The notes beneath the pieces were generated by a model. That model was given only the letters and a program-made list of their open reading frames with translations. It was not told the origin of the DNA and did no database searches. This document shows positions 50,425-63,773 of a stretch of 64,000 nucleotides of DNA, piece by piece. Origin of the DNA: Felis catus (taxonomy: Eukaryota); assembly GCF_018350175.1 (NCBI RefSeq), contig NC_058368.1, forward strand, positions 44,766,001 to 44,830,000, written 5' to 3'. Positions within the stretch are counted from its first letter, which is position 1. Each line of letters begins with the position of its first letter. The translations under genes and the position numbers were made by a program.

Positions 50425-52150
50425 TGTTTTCATTTGTTGACTCAATGAATACTTTTTGAGTACTCATTATGCCAGGAATTTTGTGAACAAGAGCTTCAAG
50501 TCTGGTTTTCTGAAAAATATATTTATAAGGAAAGAGATAAAAACAGATTAAAACTCAAGAAAATAGTAGGTGAAAGTGCTAAGAACAGGGCACATTTGAT
50601 GTGGCATGTGATTAATTAGAAAGAGTCAGCCATGCTATGATGAATGTAAACATCTTCTAGGTAGTACTCGTTCAGAAAAGGGGTGTGGTGGGCAGTTCAT
50701 CCCAGCAGGTAGGAGTATGTTATTAATGGCATTTTAAAGAATTGTCAAGGTCTAGTAATAACAAAAGTGGGCTGACTTTTGGCCATTTTATTATTGTCTT
50801 TAATAATCTACAAACTATGCCTCCCCTTTCATTGCTTGCACCTGAGAAGATATTCCTATCATCACCATCCTCTTCCACTGGCAAGCCACTGCTTCTAGCC
50901 CCCAGCATCAGCTGGCACAGATATGCTATAGAAGAAATAAACTTGACCTGTGCCAGAAACAGAAGCAGTATCAGTGTACCTAGAGTATACTAAGTGCTGG
51001 GGAGAGATTGGGTCAGGGAGTTTGTAATCATGAAATAGACGATGTAGACTTTGCAGGGCAAGGATATTAGCATTTTGTCCTAAGAGTATAAATCTTAAAT
51101 TTGAGATTAATGTATTCACACTTCAAGAGTTCTGTTGTTGGAAATTACTGCCATAGTTAAGCATAAAAGTTCGAGTAACAGGTAGGATACTATTCCAATT
51201 GTGCAGGAGAAGGATGGTGGTGGCTTATTTTAGGATGGGGCTGTAGCGAGGCCAAAAAAAAAAAAAAAAAAAAAAAGAACAGACTAAGGATATAGCTTAG
51301 AATACAGTCAAAAAGGACTTCCTAAAGAACTGAATGTTAAATGCAATGCAAAGTTAAGAATTAAAAGTGATGCTAGAATTTAAGCCTAAGCAACTAGATG
51401 GTTGGTAGTGCTATTTACTGAGAGTACGGGAGCAGGGGGAAAGTCTTGGGATCTTCAATTCTTCCAGTATGTGAAGTTTTGGATGGCTCTTGGATATCTA
51501 ATTAGAGATATCAAGTAGTTAACCAGGTATTTGAATCTATCTCTCAGGAAAAGTTTAGAGCTAAATATATAAATTTGGAACTTACAATTGACTCCTATAA
51601 AGTATTTAAAAGTACAGAAGTAAATATTATTCTTTATGCAGAGCACATGGTGTCCTGGGGCATTGCAACATCACAGAGTACAAAAAAATTAGGAATAACA
51701 ATTGGGTAAGAGTGGCCAGATCAATTCTGTCAAACGTCGCTGGGAAGCCAAGTATAAGATAGAAACAAATGAGATAGGCAGAATATTACAGCATGGAGGT
51801 TTGCGGTGATTTTAAATTGTTCAAAGGATTGATTACAGTGGATTGAAGAGAGAATGATGATTATTAATAATTAGATTTATTACAACTATAAATAATAATT
51901 ACATATTTTGCTTGAAAAGGAAACAGAATTGAAACCGTAGGTAGGAATATGAGTTTTGTTTAATATATGCGAAACAACAAATCTACATGAGTTAATACCA
52001 ATGATCCGATACGGAACGAATTAATAATATAAAATATAAAAGGGGTCACTGAAGTAGTGAAATTTCAATGGCAATAAAGATGGGATACAAACCACAAGCA
52101 TTGAGATCAGCCCTTGACAAAAGCACAGAGGCTTTCAGCACTGTAACAAA
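50425..52150 (-). mobile_element. L2 fragments (reverse), interrupted by MER97
   Basis: aatgaatactttttgagtactcattatgccagg; gcctaagcaactagatgg...gtgctatttactgag; gagctaaatatataaatttgga. Confidence 0.6.
50662..50891 (-). mobile_element. MER97-like hAT-Tip100 MITE
   Basis: Reverse strand reads cagtggcttgcc...caggtgcaagcaatg...acaataataaaatggccaaaagtcag. 8-bp TSD cttctagg / cttctagc at 50654-50661 and 50892-50899. Confidence 0.7.
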
Positions 52151-53318
52151 AAAAAGTCTTTCAGATTAGGTTCCAATTTCTCTACCCTTGTGACCAAAAA
52201 GAGTAATATGTGTAAGTTTGAGTCTGTGCTTGTGCATATCTTTTGTTGTTGTTGTTGTTTTTACATTATAACTCACTTACAAAAAATGATGAAATAAAAA
52301 ATTATTGTATTTTCTTCATATTATAACTTGAACTGTGAATGCCATCATGTGATAGATGATCATGAAACTAAATGGTATTTCCGGTAAGATTTTAGAGGCA
52401 TATATTGTCTGAGCATTTCTGTTTTAAAAACACTGTTTCCCAAGTTTCTTTCAGAGAATAACATTATTCTACACTTTTAAAAACTATTACAGTCTAGTTT
52501 TGTGGAGAAGACTATTTCTTTGATGATGTCTGGTATAATCATTAATTAATCAGACAGCAAGCAGATCAGAGAGAGAGAGAGAGAGAAAAAAAAAACCCAA
52601 ACAAAATAGAACAAAAACAAATTGAAGAGTAACAAAGACCGGAAATGCATTGTTAATGTGTTTGATTAATTCCTTTTGCCTTACTCCTTTGTAAGAGTTA
52701 AAAGTTTTTTTCTTTTCTTTTCCTTTGTAAAAGTAAGATATATAATACACTAAATACTGAACATTTATGCTGACAAACTTGGAGAATTGTTGGAATTATC
52801 AGGTGGTTTATCAATGCTTCCTTTGGAGAAGTAAAACCAAACAAAACATATAAATTACTCAGGAGTATAATCTACTCGGTATATCTTACATTGTGATTTA
52901 TGAATGCTCTTGTTATATTGATTTGTTCTTTGTCACTTTGCTTGCTTTTCATTAGGATTTTTAGTGGTGGCTATAATTTTTATAGACAGCAGAATCTATA
53001 CCACTGGTATCTGATCAACTGTCACATTTCCAATGGAGTAAAAAATGTTGATGACCTTTCCCTTCTCATATTGCTATTATTACATAAAGAATCTTTTGGA
53101 ATAAATTAATTACAGCTTTGCATAGAAATATGTATTCTTATAAAATAGAAGTAGTATCTGTTTCCTTAAGATACACTTTTGGTTTCCTTGTTATTTTGTT
53201 ATTTTTTATTATTAAAATAAGCCATTTTCTTCTAAGCTTAGGCAATCATTTGTTATTCCACTTCATATGGTTTTTTTTTCTTTCACATTTTGCTACCGAA
53301 AGTGTTTATGTACATAAA

Positions 53319-53320
53319 CA

Positions 53321-53360
<40 letters not shown>
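53319..53360. repeat. (CA)n microsatellite
   Basis: Direct observation. Confidence 0.95.
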
Positions 53361-53363
<3 letters not shown>

Positions 53364-55499
53364 CTACATATTTCTTTTAAAAGTCAGTAGGTGTCTGGTT
53401 AGTAAGTTATAAGAAATCTTTATCCTTGTCATCTCAAAAGAGAAACAATACCAATTCCAAATAGGAAACATAGTTTATTTGTATATGTCTAACCTTCTAA
53501 ATAATCTCTGACTGTGATAAAACTGAGTTTTTTGGAAGATATTTTGACTTGAGTATATATAGAATTGCAATGCTTTCATTTTTGGAATAACATGATTTAA
53601 ATTTCCAAACCAATCATTAGAAGGGAACACACCAAAAATTGGATAGTTTTTGTACTTTTAAAACAGGTATATAAGAAATAAATATTTATGTACGTATTAC
53701 AAGTTTATATCTTATGAAATCAGTTAAAACGAGTGGAAACAATAGTTTCATAGTGTTAAAACATGTTATTGCATAGGAACATATTCTTTTGTTGCATCTT
53801 TATAAAAGAAAATATAGAAAAAAAGTAAATCAATGCATACACGCACAACACACACATACACATTCACTCTCTAAAATGAAATTTCCATACCTTTTCCAAT
53901 TCTGTTGAAATTTTTAAACTTCTGGGCAGTCCAGAAAAATATAGAAACTCTTATGGAAAATTCTACTTCTCCCTTATTTAAAATATAATGTTAAAAGATA
54001 ATAGAAGTCACTCACTATTAGACTATAACTCAATTATGTATTTCTTTCATTTTGCCTTTTCCTCAGTTCCTTTCTATAGCAAAGCCAACTGAATTTATTT
54101 CAGCAATAACTATTATATTTCAATACAAGATAAAATAGACATTTCACTTCTGAGTCTTTTTATGTCTCTTCTTTATTCTCTTCTGAAGCTCATGGTGTCT
54201 ACCACTGTGCTTAACTAAAATCCATACCAAAATTTGTCTACCAAAATTTATATCTTTATTATATATTTGTATACCAAATTAACATAATTTATACTTTATA
54301 ATAACATACATTAATTTATAAATAAAAGAGAATATCAGAACAGATTTTCTCTTGTGAACTTAAGAAATAACTAAACACAGATACACATGATGGAAAAATA
54401 TCTATAAGAGTGCAGATTGTGATAAATAATTAAATTGAAATCCACCTAAGGCAGGTTGGTCAATTGGCTCACAAGCATAAGAGAAGACTATTAGTGTAGT
54501 AATAATCTAGATTTACTTGACAGCAGTCAATCTTTTAACATGTTTTCTTTGTTGATGAAGTCTCTCTCAATGTCTTTATTTTTACTTTTTGTTTAAGCTC
54601 TAGAAATTTTTCCATGCACTTACTAAATAGAAACTAGAAAGTCAAGGCTGTAAAAATACTCCCAGTTATTTAGTTTAGCTTTATACCAGAAGCATATATT
54701 TTTTTCTATATTTATTTCATTTTGTTTTAGACATCTCTAAATCTTGGTTTTCTACTTTTGCCTTGGTCAGTACTTGTTGTGTTTTGCTTCACAATATTAT
54801 ATGTAGCTCCCAGCAGGTCTTCCGAGCATCGTTCTCTCACTTACCTGAAACCTGTCATTTACATCACAGGAATTATCGTACAAATTCTTCTCTCAGGTCT
54901 CCTTAAAAAATTAGCCCATTTACTCTTTCCCTTTGAAAATAAATTCTTACCTCACTAGAAAAATGGAGATTTTCCTTCTTTTAAATATTGCTAGTACTTT
55001 AAAATATAATATTGCATTTTATATAACTATTAAAGATTAAATAAAGGTTTATGTATATAATAAGCACATATATTTAATCTTTAATAGATATGTAAATTAT
55101 GTATATAATAAACATGTATATATACATATATATATATATAATAAACATATATATTGAGAGAGAGGGAGGAGGGAAGAGAGGAGAGTGTTGGTGTATAAGC
55201 AATACATAATAGGTGTAAACATACATTTAATGGCTCCAGGATCAAGAAAAAATGTTTCCTGATCATCATAATGGCTTTTCTTAAAGACCCTAAGATGCTT
55301 AGTTTCTTTGAAAGTTCATGTAAAAGGCTAGAAAATCCTAGATTTGATTAAACTCTTTTTTTTTAACCTCTGTCGGAGATTGAGTTAAATATGAAGCCAA
55401 CAGAAAAATACTACACTCATTTCTCCTCAGTGGAATAATCAGATACATCCAGAGCACAATCTGACCTCTACAACTCCATAGGAAGACAGCTATCATTCC

Positions 55500-55585
55500 C
55501 ATTCTCAGTTTCTTCATTTGTCAAATGGTAATAATAATATTTACTACATGGGATAATGAAGAAATTAAATGAGATAAAGTGTATT
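55500..55585 (+). mobile_element. MIR core
   Basis: ctcagtttcttcatttgtcaaatggtaataataata...attaaatgagataaagtgta. Confidence 0.75.
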
Positions 55586-55774
55586 ATTTTTGGTAACTAA
55601 AGAAAGAAATAAAAGCATGTTATTTCCTATTCCCCTGCTCTTCTTCCTTCACCAGTCTTTTTGTAGGAATATTCAAAACTGCTGTATTCAGGTGATTTTT
55701 TATGGTCTTCCATTTTTGAAAGCAAACAAAGAAGCAACGTACACTCAGTAGAACTACATCACAGCTCAGGTTTG

Positions 55775-55960
55775 CAAGAAGTCTGGATTTCTCACTAGCT
55801 CTATGGCCTTTGACAAGGTCACTTAACCTCTTTCAACCTGTTTTCTCTCTGTAAAATATAATTAATAACATCTACCTTGCAGTTGTGTATTGAAGGTTAG
55901 AAATATATGGAAAGTGCTTATCATGACATGTAATTCTGTTAGTTAAGAAGTGATAGCTCC
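55775..55960 (+). mobile_element. MIR
   Basis: ctttgacaaggtcacttaacctctttcaacctgttttctctctgtaaaat...tctaccttgcag. Confidence 0.7.
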
Positions 55961-57464
55961 TCCTATATCCAGAAACATTTTATGAAAAGAAAATGTGTTT
56001 TACTCTTTCTTCTTGCACATCTATCTTGAAATTATATATAAAGTTAGTTTGGAATGGCCCTAGTTTGAGAAATGAGGAATAGAGAATAGATATATGCTAT
56101 ATTTATACCTATTAGACACTGTAATAAGAGTATACTTAAAAGTCTTTTACTAGTGAGTTACATCAAAAATATATATCTTAATTTCTAATGTTAATAAATA
56201 GTTTAATTTATTAAGGTGAATCAGCTGAACCAATTAGAATTAAAACTATAATTTTAATGTGTAGCCTTAGGAACAAATAAGCTAATAGGATGTACATGTC
56301 TATTCTGATGGAATAGTATAGACAGATGTATAGGTAAAAGCATCTCCCATTTTTGATGACAGATGAGTATGATATTTTTGGCTAATAGTGATCACTGGCC
56401 ATTTCTATCCTGAGAGAAGATCCCCAGGCTTCAAAGAATATCTTGTGTCAGAACCTAGGGTGGAAGATGCAGACAAATCCAGTGCTTGGCTTCACAGTTT
56501 ATTCTTTGTTTAGTTACCTAAATGCATTTGTCTCCCTTTTAAAATCCTGGTATTAGGATAATCTTATATAATTTGCTTAGGCAGGATTTCCATAAATTCT
56601 TTTTCTCTCTTTTTATTACTTTATTCATTTCAGCAGCCAGATGAAAAACAATTATTACTGTATTAAGTTTGATTTGTTATCCCAATTTTGACACAGTGGT
56701 TTTTTTTTAACTTTCCAATTTTAATATACGACCATACCTCTCACTTCACGTATTAGCATGTTATATTTGGCCTGTCATTCTTTCCTAGTGCCCTAATTCC
56801 CTGTATTACATTCTTAGCAATATATGTATTAGTGAAAGTGTTGAGGGTTGTATGGATCCAAAAGAAGGATCAGGTGAATGTTACAGCCCCCCCACAGCTA
56901 CCAGAAAAGAAATGTATACACAACACAATTTTATCTAACATTGCGGAGGTAAGAGCTACCTTCAAGCTTATTTTGGATAGCCTGAGAAGACAGAAACCAC
57001 ATGTTAACATTGCTGCACATAGATAATTTTGCAACATTACAAATTAGTTTAAAGCACAAGACTCCAAATCAGAGAAAAATACTCTTCTTCTTATGAACTG
57101 AATAAACTTGTTCTTATCAATTCACCTGTGTCTTACATAACTCATCAATCAAAGGAGGTGATTGGTTCACTTGGTGTATGGATTCTCCTTAGCTCCAATT
57201 ATTAAAGATTTCACAATCCCAACTGCCAAAGGCTGTTGTTTCATAAGTATGTACCCCGTCAGTATATGTCTTATCCATCTATAGAGGTTTGATATCTCAT
57301 GCATTGAGCCTTAAAATGTACTTCAAGGATGTATTTTCATCAGAAAATGATCATATTATTACACCTTAGGCTAGATAAATAAATTATATAGAATATAGGC
57401 AGATGGCTAGATTGTCAAAATAGGGAACCAGGGAATTAATTGCAAAGTTTTAAACATCTTCTAG

Positions 57465-57640
57465 ATACTATTTATCTAATTTTATCCTCTCAAAATTTTT
57501 GTGCGATAGCACAATTTTATTCTATATATAAAGGAATTGAATATCAGAGACATTAAGTGACATTCTCATAGTTATATGAACATGAGTAAATATGTGGCAG
57601 AGATGGAATTCAGACCTATCATCATCATTTTCCATCACCA
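57465..57640 (-). mobile_element. MIR
   Basis: aaggaattgaatatcagagacattaagtgac...gtggcagagatggaattcagacc. Confidence 0.65.
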
Positions 57641-57808
57641 AATTTTCCTGAAAAGAGTATTTGATTAAAAATAAAAACAAAATTGTGAGGAATAATAATG
57701 AACGGGGTGTGATGCTCCTTTTTCTTTAATAATTGAACAGTTGTAAGAAAATGGTAATGGAGGGGCATAAAACTTAGTTTGGGAAATGGTTGGACTTTCT
57801 GCCTTCAA

Positions 57809-57843
<35 letters not shown>

Positions 57844-57868
57844 CGCGTGTGCACGCGCGTGCACGCAT
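57809..57868. repeat. (GT)n(GC)n alternating purine-pyrimidine tract
   Basis: 60 bp of unbroken R/Y alternation. Confidence 0.95.
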
Positions 57869-58032
57869 TTGCTATATACATATTAATTGAACATGACTAT
57901 GTTACCAAATGCTTTATGGGTATTATTTCCTATTTTAAGTTGTTATTATCCTTTTATTTATATTTTGATGTTACTTTCAACGTAGGATTTTTCAACACAT
58001 AGTAGCCATTAATCAGCATCACATGCAATTAC

Positions 58033-58245
58033 CTGTGGCGGAAGCAGTGGCAGTCTTATAAAGGCAAGAAGCATACTCAAATCATTGCATCTCCTCTGCA
58101 TGTCATACTTGACCCACATCATTAATGCATGGAAGATGGTTTCTTCATCAGGGACATTTACATCATCGCTGGCCAGGAGTTTATGGAGCTCCTCAGCTGG
58201 AAGCAGTAAAAACTCTTGATTTCTCATAACTTCCATTATGTTTTC
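58033..58245 (-). CDS. KLHL1: KLHL1 internal coding exon (probable exon 5), BACK domain
   Basis: 213 nt, phase 0/0. Acceptor ttttctccctgcAG|GAA, donor CAG|GTAATT. Encodes [71 protein letters not shown], a typical BACK-domain segment matching recalled KLHL1. Confidence 0.96.
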
Positions 58246-58799
58246 CTGCAGGGAGAAAACATCTTGGCATAAATTTGGCTTCACTTTGATTTAGCTAGCA
58301 AAGCATCTCAGAAAGAAATGAGAAAAGTCGTCAATAACCTTTGTTCTCATTATAACATAATCCTTGAGACTTAATCCTTCAGAAACTAGAAGCTGTTAAA
58401 ATGAAAGCATTGTAATTGTAATTGAAGTGTAAATGTATCAGAGACAGCATAGATCTTGTAATAACTGGAGGATTATAATGTTGAGCTTTGTTATGCAGGC
58501 AGAATGTACTAAGTGATTAAATGTTCAAGTTTCAAGTGGACCTGCTATGTAAGATTTGGTGAATACGAAGAGAATAGCATTTCAGATTTTTTAAAGCTTG
58601 ACTACCTATTCATGAATCAGAAAGTGAGAAGGAAACTACATAGAGAGTAAATGACACTATAAGATGCATCATTGTTTATTTAGAAGCAAAAAAACCCCAA
58701 AACATACAAAAAACTCCCAAAAAACAAAAAAAACAAATATAGCACAAATAGGCCAGAGAAGTCACAAAAGCACGTATGTTCCACCCTTTTATTATCTCT

Positions 58800-59500
58800 C
58801 ATGCCTCCCTCCTCTCATCACAATTTCTCTGGCTTAATTTAGATCCCCATTTATTTTCTTCCAGATTGCTGCCATAACCTTCTAATTACTCTGCCTGACT
58901 CTATTCTTAGCTTCTTTACTGCAGCCCCTATAATAATGATAGAATCTGTCTAAAACATAAAATGTATGCCATTACTCTGAAGTTTTGCTTGGTTTGCTTC
59001 GGTCTACTTTTGTTTTTTGGTTCAAATCTCTTGGCTAACCACACCAGTTTTTTCTGGTCTGACCTCCTTCTGTTCTAAGCCTACACAGCTTCACCTTATT
59101 TGTGTTCCAGTCACAAAAATTACTTACTCTTCTTTCAATTTCCATCCTGATTGACATGTCCTCCCTCTCTCCCTCTATCACTTTAAATGACTTTCATCCA
59201 TGTTGTTTTCCTAATTTCTGTCATTTTCAAGACTCAATTCCAAATCTACTTGCTATATATGGGCTTCTCGAGCCCTCTGTCTGCTTGCATTTGATCTGGC
59301 TGCCCATCCATCATGCCTCTGCAGTGCGTGGTATTTATATCTGAGACAGCAGTTACCAAACTGTGGCCTAATTTTCAGTGTACTTAGGGGGTCTTATCAC
59401 AAACTGGAAGCTCCTTGAGACAAACACCTTGACAATTAACCTTGTATATCTAGATCCTGGAACATAGCAGGTGAATAGTATATATTTATTGAATTGCTGT
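58800..59500 (+). mobile_element. L2 3' fragment
   Basis: cagattgctgccataaccttctaattactctgcctgac...aaactggaagctccttgag...cctggaacatagcagg...atatttattgaat. Confidence 0.6.
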
Positions 59501-62299
59501 GTTGATGATCTTTGTAGAGAAGAATAAAATCTTGGAATGAGTACAGAACAGTGCAGTTTTTTCAAACACATTTTTAAAACGACTTGTCAAAAACTTTGTA
59601 TTTTAGCAGACAGGCTTCAGGGGCTGATGTATGGTTAGGGAAGACATATCTGACTGGTTGCCTCTTCTGTTCCACCTTCCTCCGTGTCTCAACTCCAACA
59701 AAGATATAAGTAAGGATTCTCAAATCACAGTTTTGGTAGAAATCTCAATACATGCCTATTATAGAAAAAATATATAAAAGAGATGGGACTAGATCTCTTC
59801 CCCAAAAGGCATTATGATTATCCTAAAGCTGAGTAGGAGATTCAGCAAGTGCCCATTACCATGTATGTCAGAGCAAATCCAAACACATTTTCTAAGTCAG
59901 ACCTAACCTATATTAAGAGTATATCCTTGGAACTGAATCCAAGGCTTGAAATGCCTTCAGCTGTCACAAAAGCATGTCAACTTTTACTTTCATTCAGGTC
60001 ATTTTTCATATTTATATACATTTAATTGACATCACAGAATAGCTGATTTCCTGCAAATTTTTGTCCCCGGTGTTTCCTCTGTGCCTAATGTAGTACTATG
60101 TAAATTATTGATGTCCAATAACTATTTACCGAAGTAACCAATAGAGTGTTCTGAGAAATACTGCCACCAAATTTCTCTAAAGAACTTGATAAAAAATGAG
60201 ATCAAGATGTCTTTGAAATCTTTGAAAGATGTTTTTGTCCATCTATTTTTCGAGTTACTGAAAAATCTATGCCTCTATTAAACTACACACAGAATTGTAT
60301 AGCTAAACCAGCAGTATACAGTAAAGGGTGCCATAAAAAAGCAGTTCTATGAAACTCTTAGTGGTGTCTATCAAAGACATTGTTTAAGGCATATTTTGTT
60401 ATATTTTACAGTGTCTCTTTATGATGACCCTTGGGAGAAATTTCCTACAGGTTTTAGTAGCAGGAATAATTGCACTTCTCCTGAGTAAATTGGTTTGCTT
60501 TTACTATGGATGTTGTAAATTATGAAATTGATCAGATTTCTCTTTTTATTTCGCCTTTAGAAAACTTAGAGTTAAATTGAAATCTATCTCATAGGAAGGC
60601 TATAGCCTTTTATAGTTTGATTTCTTTTTCAGATGCTCCAATAGGTGTCATTTAACATCACTACAGCAGAATTTTTTTCTTTTATTCCTGAATCTGATTT
60701 AGAATATATTTTTATAATTTTATGTCTTTGCAAGGCATACTACATTTTTGAGAACAAGCCAGGTTTGAAAAAACTGCAATAAATAAACTGGACATTAAGA
60801 GCTAGTAGCAGATATTATTGGATCTGTCACACTGTGTAGTATGTTGTTTATTATTTTTCCTTTACATATTTTAGAGTTCTGAAGTTCTCTTTGCTCTTTT
60901 TTTGTTTTCTCCATCAAGTCCCCTTTTCATGATACACTGCCTAATAGTTTCCTGGTATTTTGTTTTTTGTTTTTTTTGTTTTTGTTTTTGTTTTTGCTTA
61001 TTCTAGCTTCTGGTAATTGTTTTGATTTCATTGTGTTCTATTCACTGAAGAAGAAAAGAATACAAATTCACACTAGTTTCCATACATTGCTTGTGCACCT
61101 TAGCTAACTCCTTGTCAGAGAAGATCAAGTAATGAAAGGCATCAAAATTCTTTGGCCTATTTACCTTTTGTGCAATAACTTTACTTTAAACTTATTCAAT
61201 AATTCATTCTATATGGATTTACTGAACACATAATATATGGTCCCGGATAACTGTAGTAAGGAGAACAAAATGGATGTGCATCAAAAAGCATACCACACAT
61301 GAGACACCTATAAAACATGCAGTGCTTAGAAAATGACCTGTCAAGCAGGTTTCTCAAATGGGCCTAGAATATAGCTAGGAATGTAAACTAGAAAATGGGA
61401 AATGGAAAGATATAGTATTACAACTAGAGGAAAGCATATAAACAAAGACATAATAGAAGGTAATATGGTATAAATTGCCATATTTGGAATGTCAATTTCA
61501 TTGAGAATGAGAAAGAAATAATATTGAAAGTTTACTTTAGACCATATAATGGAATACACTTAAAGATTTGACAGTCTCTCCATTAAATAGTAATATATAC
61601 ACACAACTTTTACACATAGATTGAAATATTTATTATAAAGAAGATTTTAGCACCAAACTTAAGTTGCCACTACATAAGACACGAATAATCTTAATTAATT
61701 AGAGCAAGACTTAATTTTAGTATCTACTTTTTCTACTTCATAATATTTAAATAATTTGGCTAACTATAAAAATTATAATTTTTTTATTTTGAACAGAATT
61801 TCCTCACCATTTTTATTTAATTATTTCATGAATGTGATACAAATATTTTCTAATATTAATTTTCTTCTCTCCCTTAATTATATTATTGTCTTCCCTTAGC
61901 TCATTATTGGTTATATATCAATAATTAGTAATTGATTTGAAGTTCCAGTAGAAATTAATTTTTTGACGTAATTCTGAAAGTCAGTTAACAATTAATGGTA
62001 ATATTAGGTCAAAATAATATAAGTAAATCTATTCAATTATCATATGCTAGTTATTGATGTAGTTAAAATTATGAGTATTTAATTGTAGTAAAATATTTTA
62101 TTAATGTTCAAATAACTTTAACATAAACTTTAACATTGTTTACTTCATCAGCAGCTACTCCCAATGTAGTAGTACACTATATACATGGTACACTATTATG
62201 GTTAACTCATAGAAACCACTGTTATGCATGTCTACTGAGTTAAAACTTATGTTTTACCATCTTGCACTTTGTGATCAGAGGTCAGTTAGAATAACTTTC

Positions 62300-62525
62300 T
62301 TTTCTTTTATGAGTATTATTTGTTTTCATTTTTAAAAATTTTTAGAAAGAGAGAGAGCGTGCGCACTAGCCAGAGAGAGGGGCAGAAGGAGAGAGAGAAT
62401 CTCAAGTAGGCTCCAAGCCCAGTGTTCAGCGGGCTGACGGGGGCTAGATCACACAACCCTGGGATCATGACCTGAGCCAAAATCAAGAGTTGGATGCTAA
62501 ACTGACTGAGCCACCCAGGCACCCC
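62300..62525 (-). mobile_element. Can-SINE (older)
   Basis: Reverse head ctgactgagccacccaggcacccc, (GA)n, T-rich tail. Confidence 0.93.
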
Positions 62526-62829
62526 ACTTAGAAGAACCTCCTAATTGCTTTTTTAAGCATTATATTGGAAAGGTTAATCCTTTGCCAGACCACCACAGAA
62601 TCTCTGGCTTGGTTCCAAATCACCAGAGGCTATAGAATTCATTGTCCATCTAAAATGTTACTGCTTAAAAAGATGAATTATTAGGAGACTCAAACTATCA
62701 AATAAATGAAAAACTGAAAGGTGAGCCTGAGAATTGGCTACATCCTCTGGCTGAGGCTTATTACATAGATATGAAATTGCAAATGTTTGGTCTAAATTCT
62801 GAATTGAAGCAGAAGTTACATGATGCACC

Positions 62830-63513
62830 ACCAGATTGAGTAGGGTCTCCTCAAACTTCATATCCACTTGAAAGCTCATGTGAGGTTTGGAAATAGGGTC
62901 ATTGCAGATGTAAGTAGCTAAAGTTAAAATAAAGCCATACTGGATTAGAGTGGTCCCTAAACCAATTACTGGTATCCTAAAAGACAGAAACAGACATACA
63001 GTGAGAACACCACGTAAAGACAGAGGTGATCCAGAGGGAAGAAGGCCATGTGAGGGTGGAGATAAAAGTCATGCTGTCACTAGCCAAGGAATCCCAAGGA
63101 TTGCTAGGAACCACCAGAATTTGGAAAAGTCAAGGGTGAATTCTCCTCTTGAACTTTCAAGGAGAGTATGGATCTGCTGACATCTTTATTTCAGACTTTT
63201 AGCCTCGAGAGCTATAAGAGAATAAATTTCTGTTTTTTTTTTTCAACGTTTATTTATTTTTGGGACAGAGAGAGACCCAGCATGAATGGGGGAGGGGCAG
63301 AGAGAGAGGGAGACACAGAATCGGAAACAGGCTCCAGGCTCCGAGCCATCAGCCCAGAGCCTGACGCGGGGCTCAAACTCACAGACCACGAGATCGTGAC
63401 CTGGCTGAAGTCGGACGCTTAACCGACTGCGCCACCCAGGCACCCCTAAATTTCTGTTGTTTTAAGCTACTCAGCTTTCAATACTTTGTTAAGGCAGCCG
63501 CAGGAAAATAATA
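62830..63513 (+). mobile_element. ERVL-MaLR solo LTR (MLT1C-like), split by a young SINE
   Basis: tttggaaatagggtcattgcagatgtaa...agccaaggaa...aataaatttctgtt[SINE]gttttaagc...tactttgttaaggcagcc. Confidence 0.85.
63235..63446 (-). mobile_element. Young cat SINE (SINEC_Fc1-like)
   Basis: Perfect TSD taaatttctgtt at 63223-63234 and 63447-63458; CpG-rich. Confidence 0.97.
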
Positions 63514-63706
63514 AATAAGAGAAAGTAAAAAAAAAATAGTTACATTAAAAACCCTTACATAAACCTAAGAAACTATTCTCAATCTTTTAAATTATAATTT
63601 CTAGGCTCTTTATTTTATAGATTGATGCCTTTAAGAAATATCAGGTTTCCAATTACCTAAAAGATTGTCAGGGTCAGGAAAAAGTGTTCTACTATTAGGA
63701 TCCAGA

Positions 63707-63773
63707 TCTCTCTCTCTTGTTCTCTCTCCCTCTCCCTCTCCCTCTCCCTCTCCCTCTCCCTCTTTCCCTTTCT
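63707..63773. repeat. (CTCTCC)n / (GGGAGA)n hexamer repeat
   Basis: Seven CCC tracts between 63728 and 63768. Confidence 0.9.

Larger units (their letters stand above)
29694..58032 (-). other. KLHL1: KLHL1 intron (28,339 nt, GT-AG, phase 0)
   Basis: Bounded by GT at 58032-58031 and AG at 29695-29694. The flanking exons join in frame (PPQ|ILAD). Confidence 0.9.

Noticed and set aside
2529..58245. Paralog assignment to KLHL4 or KLHL5
   Set aside because: Residues such as [42 protein letters not shown] and [10 protein letters not shown] match my recall of KLHL1. A BLASTP search would confirm.
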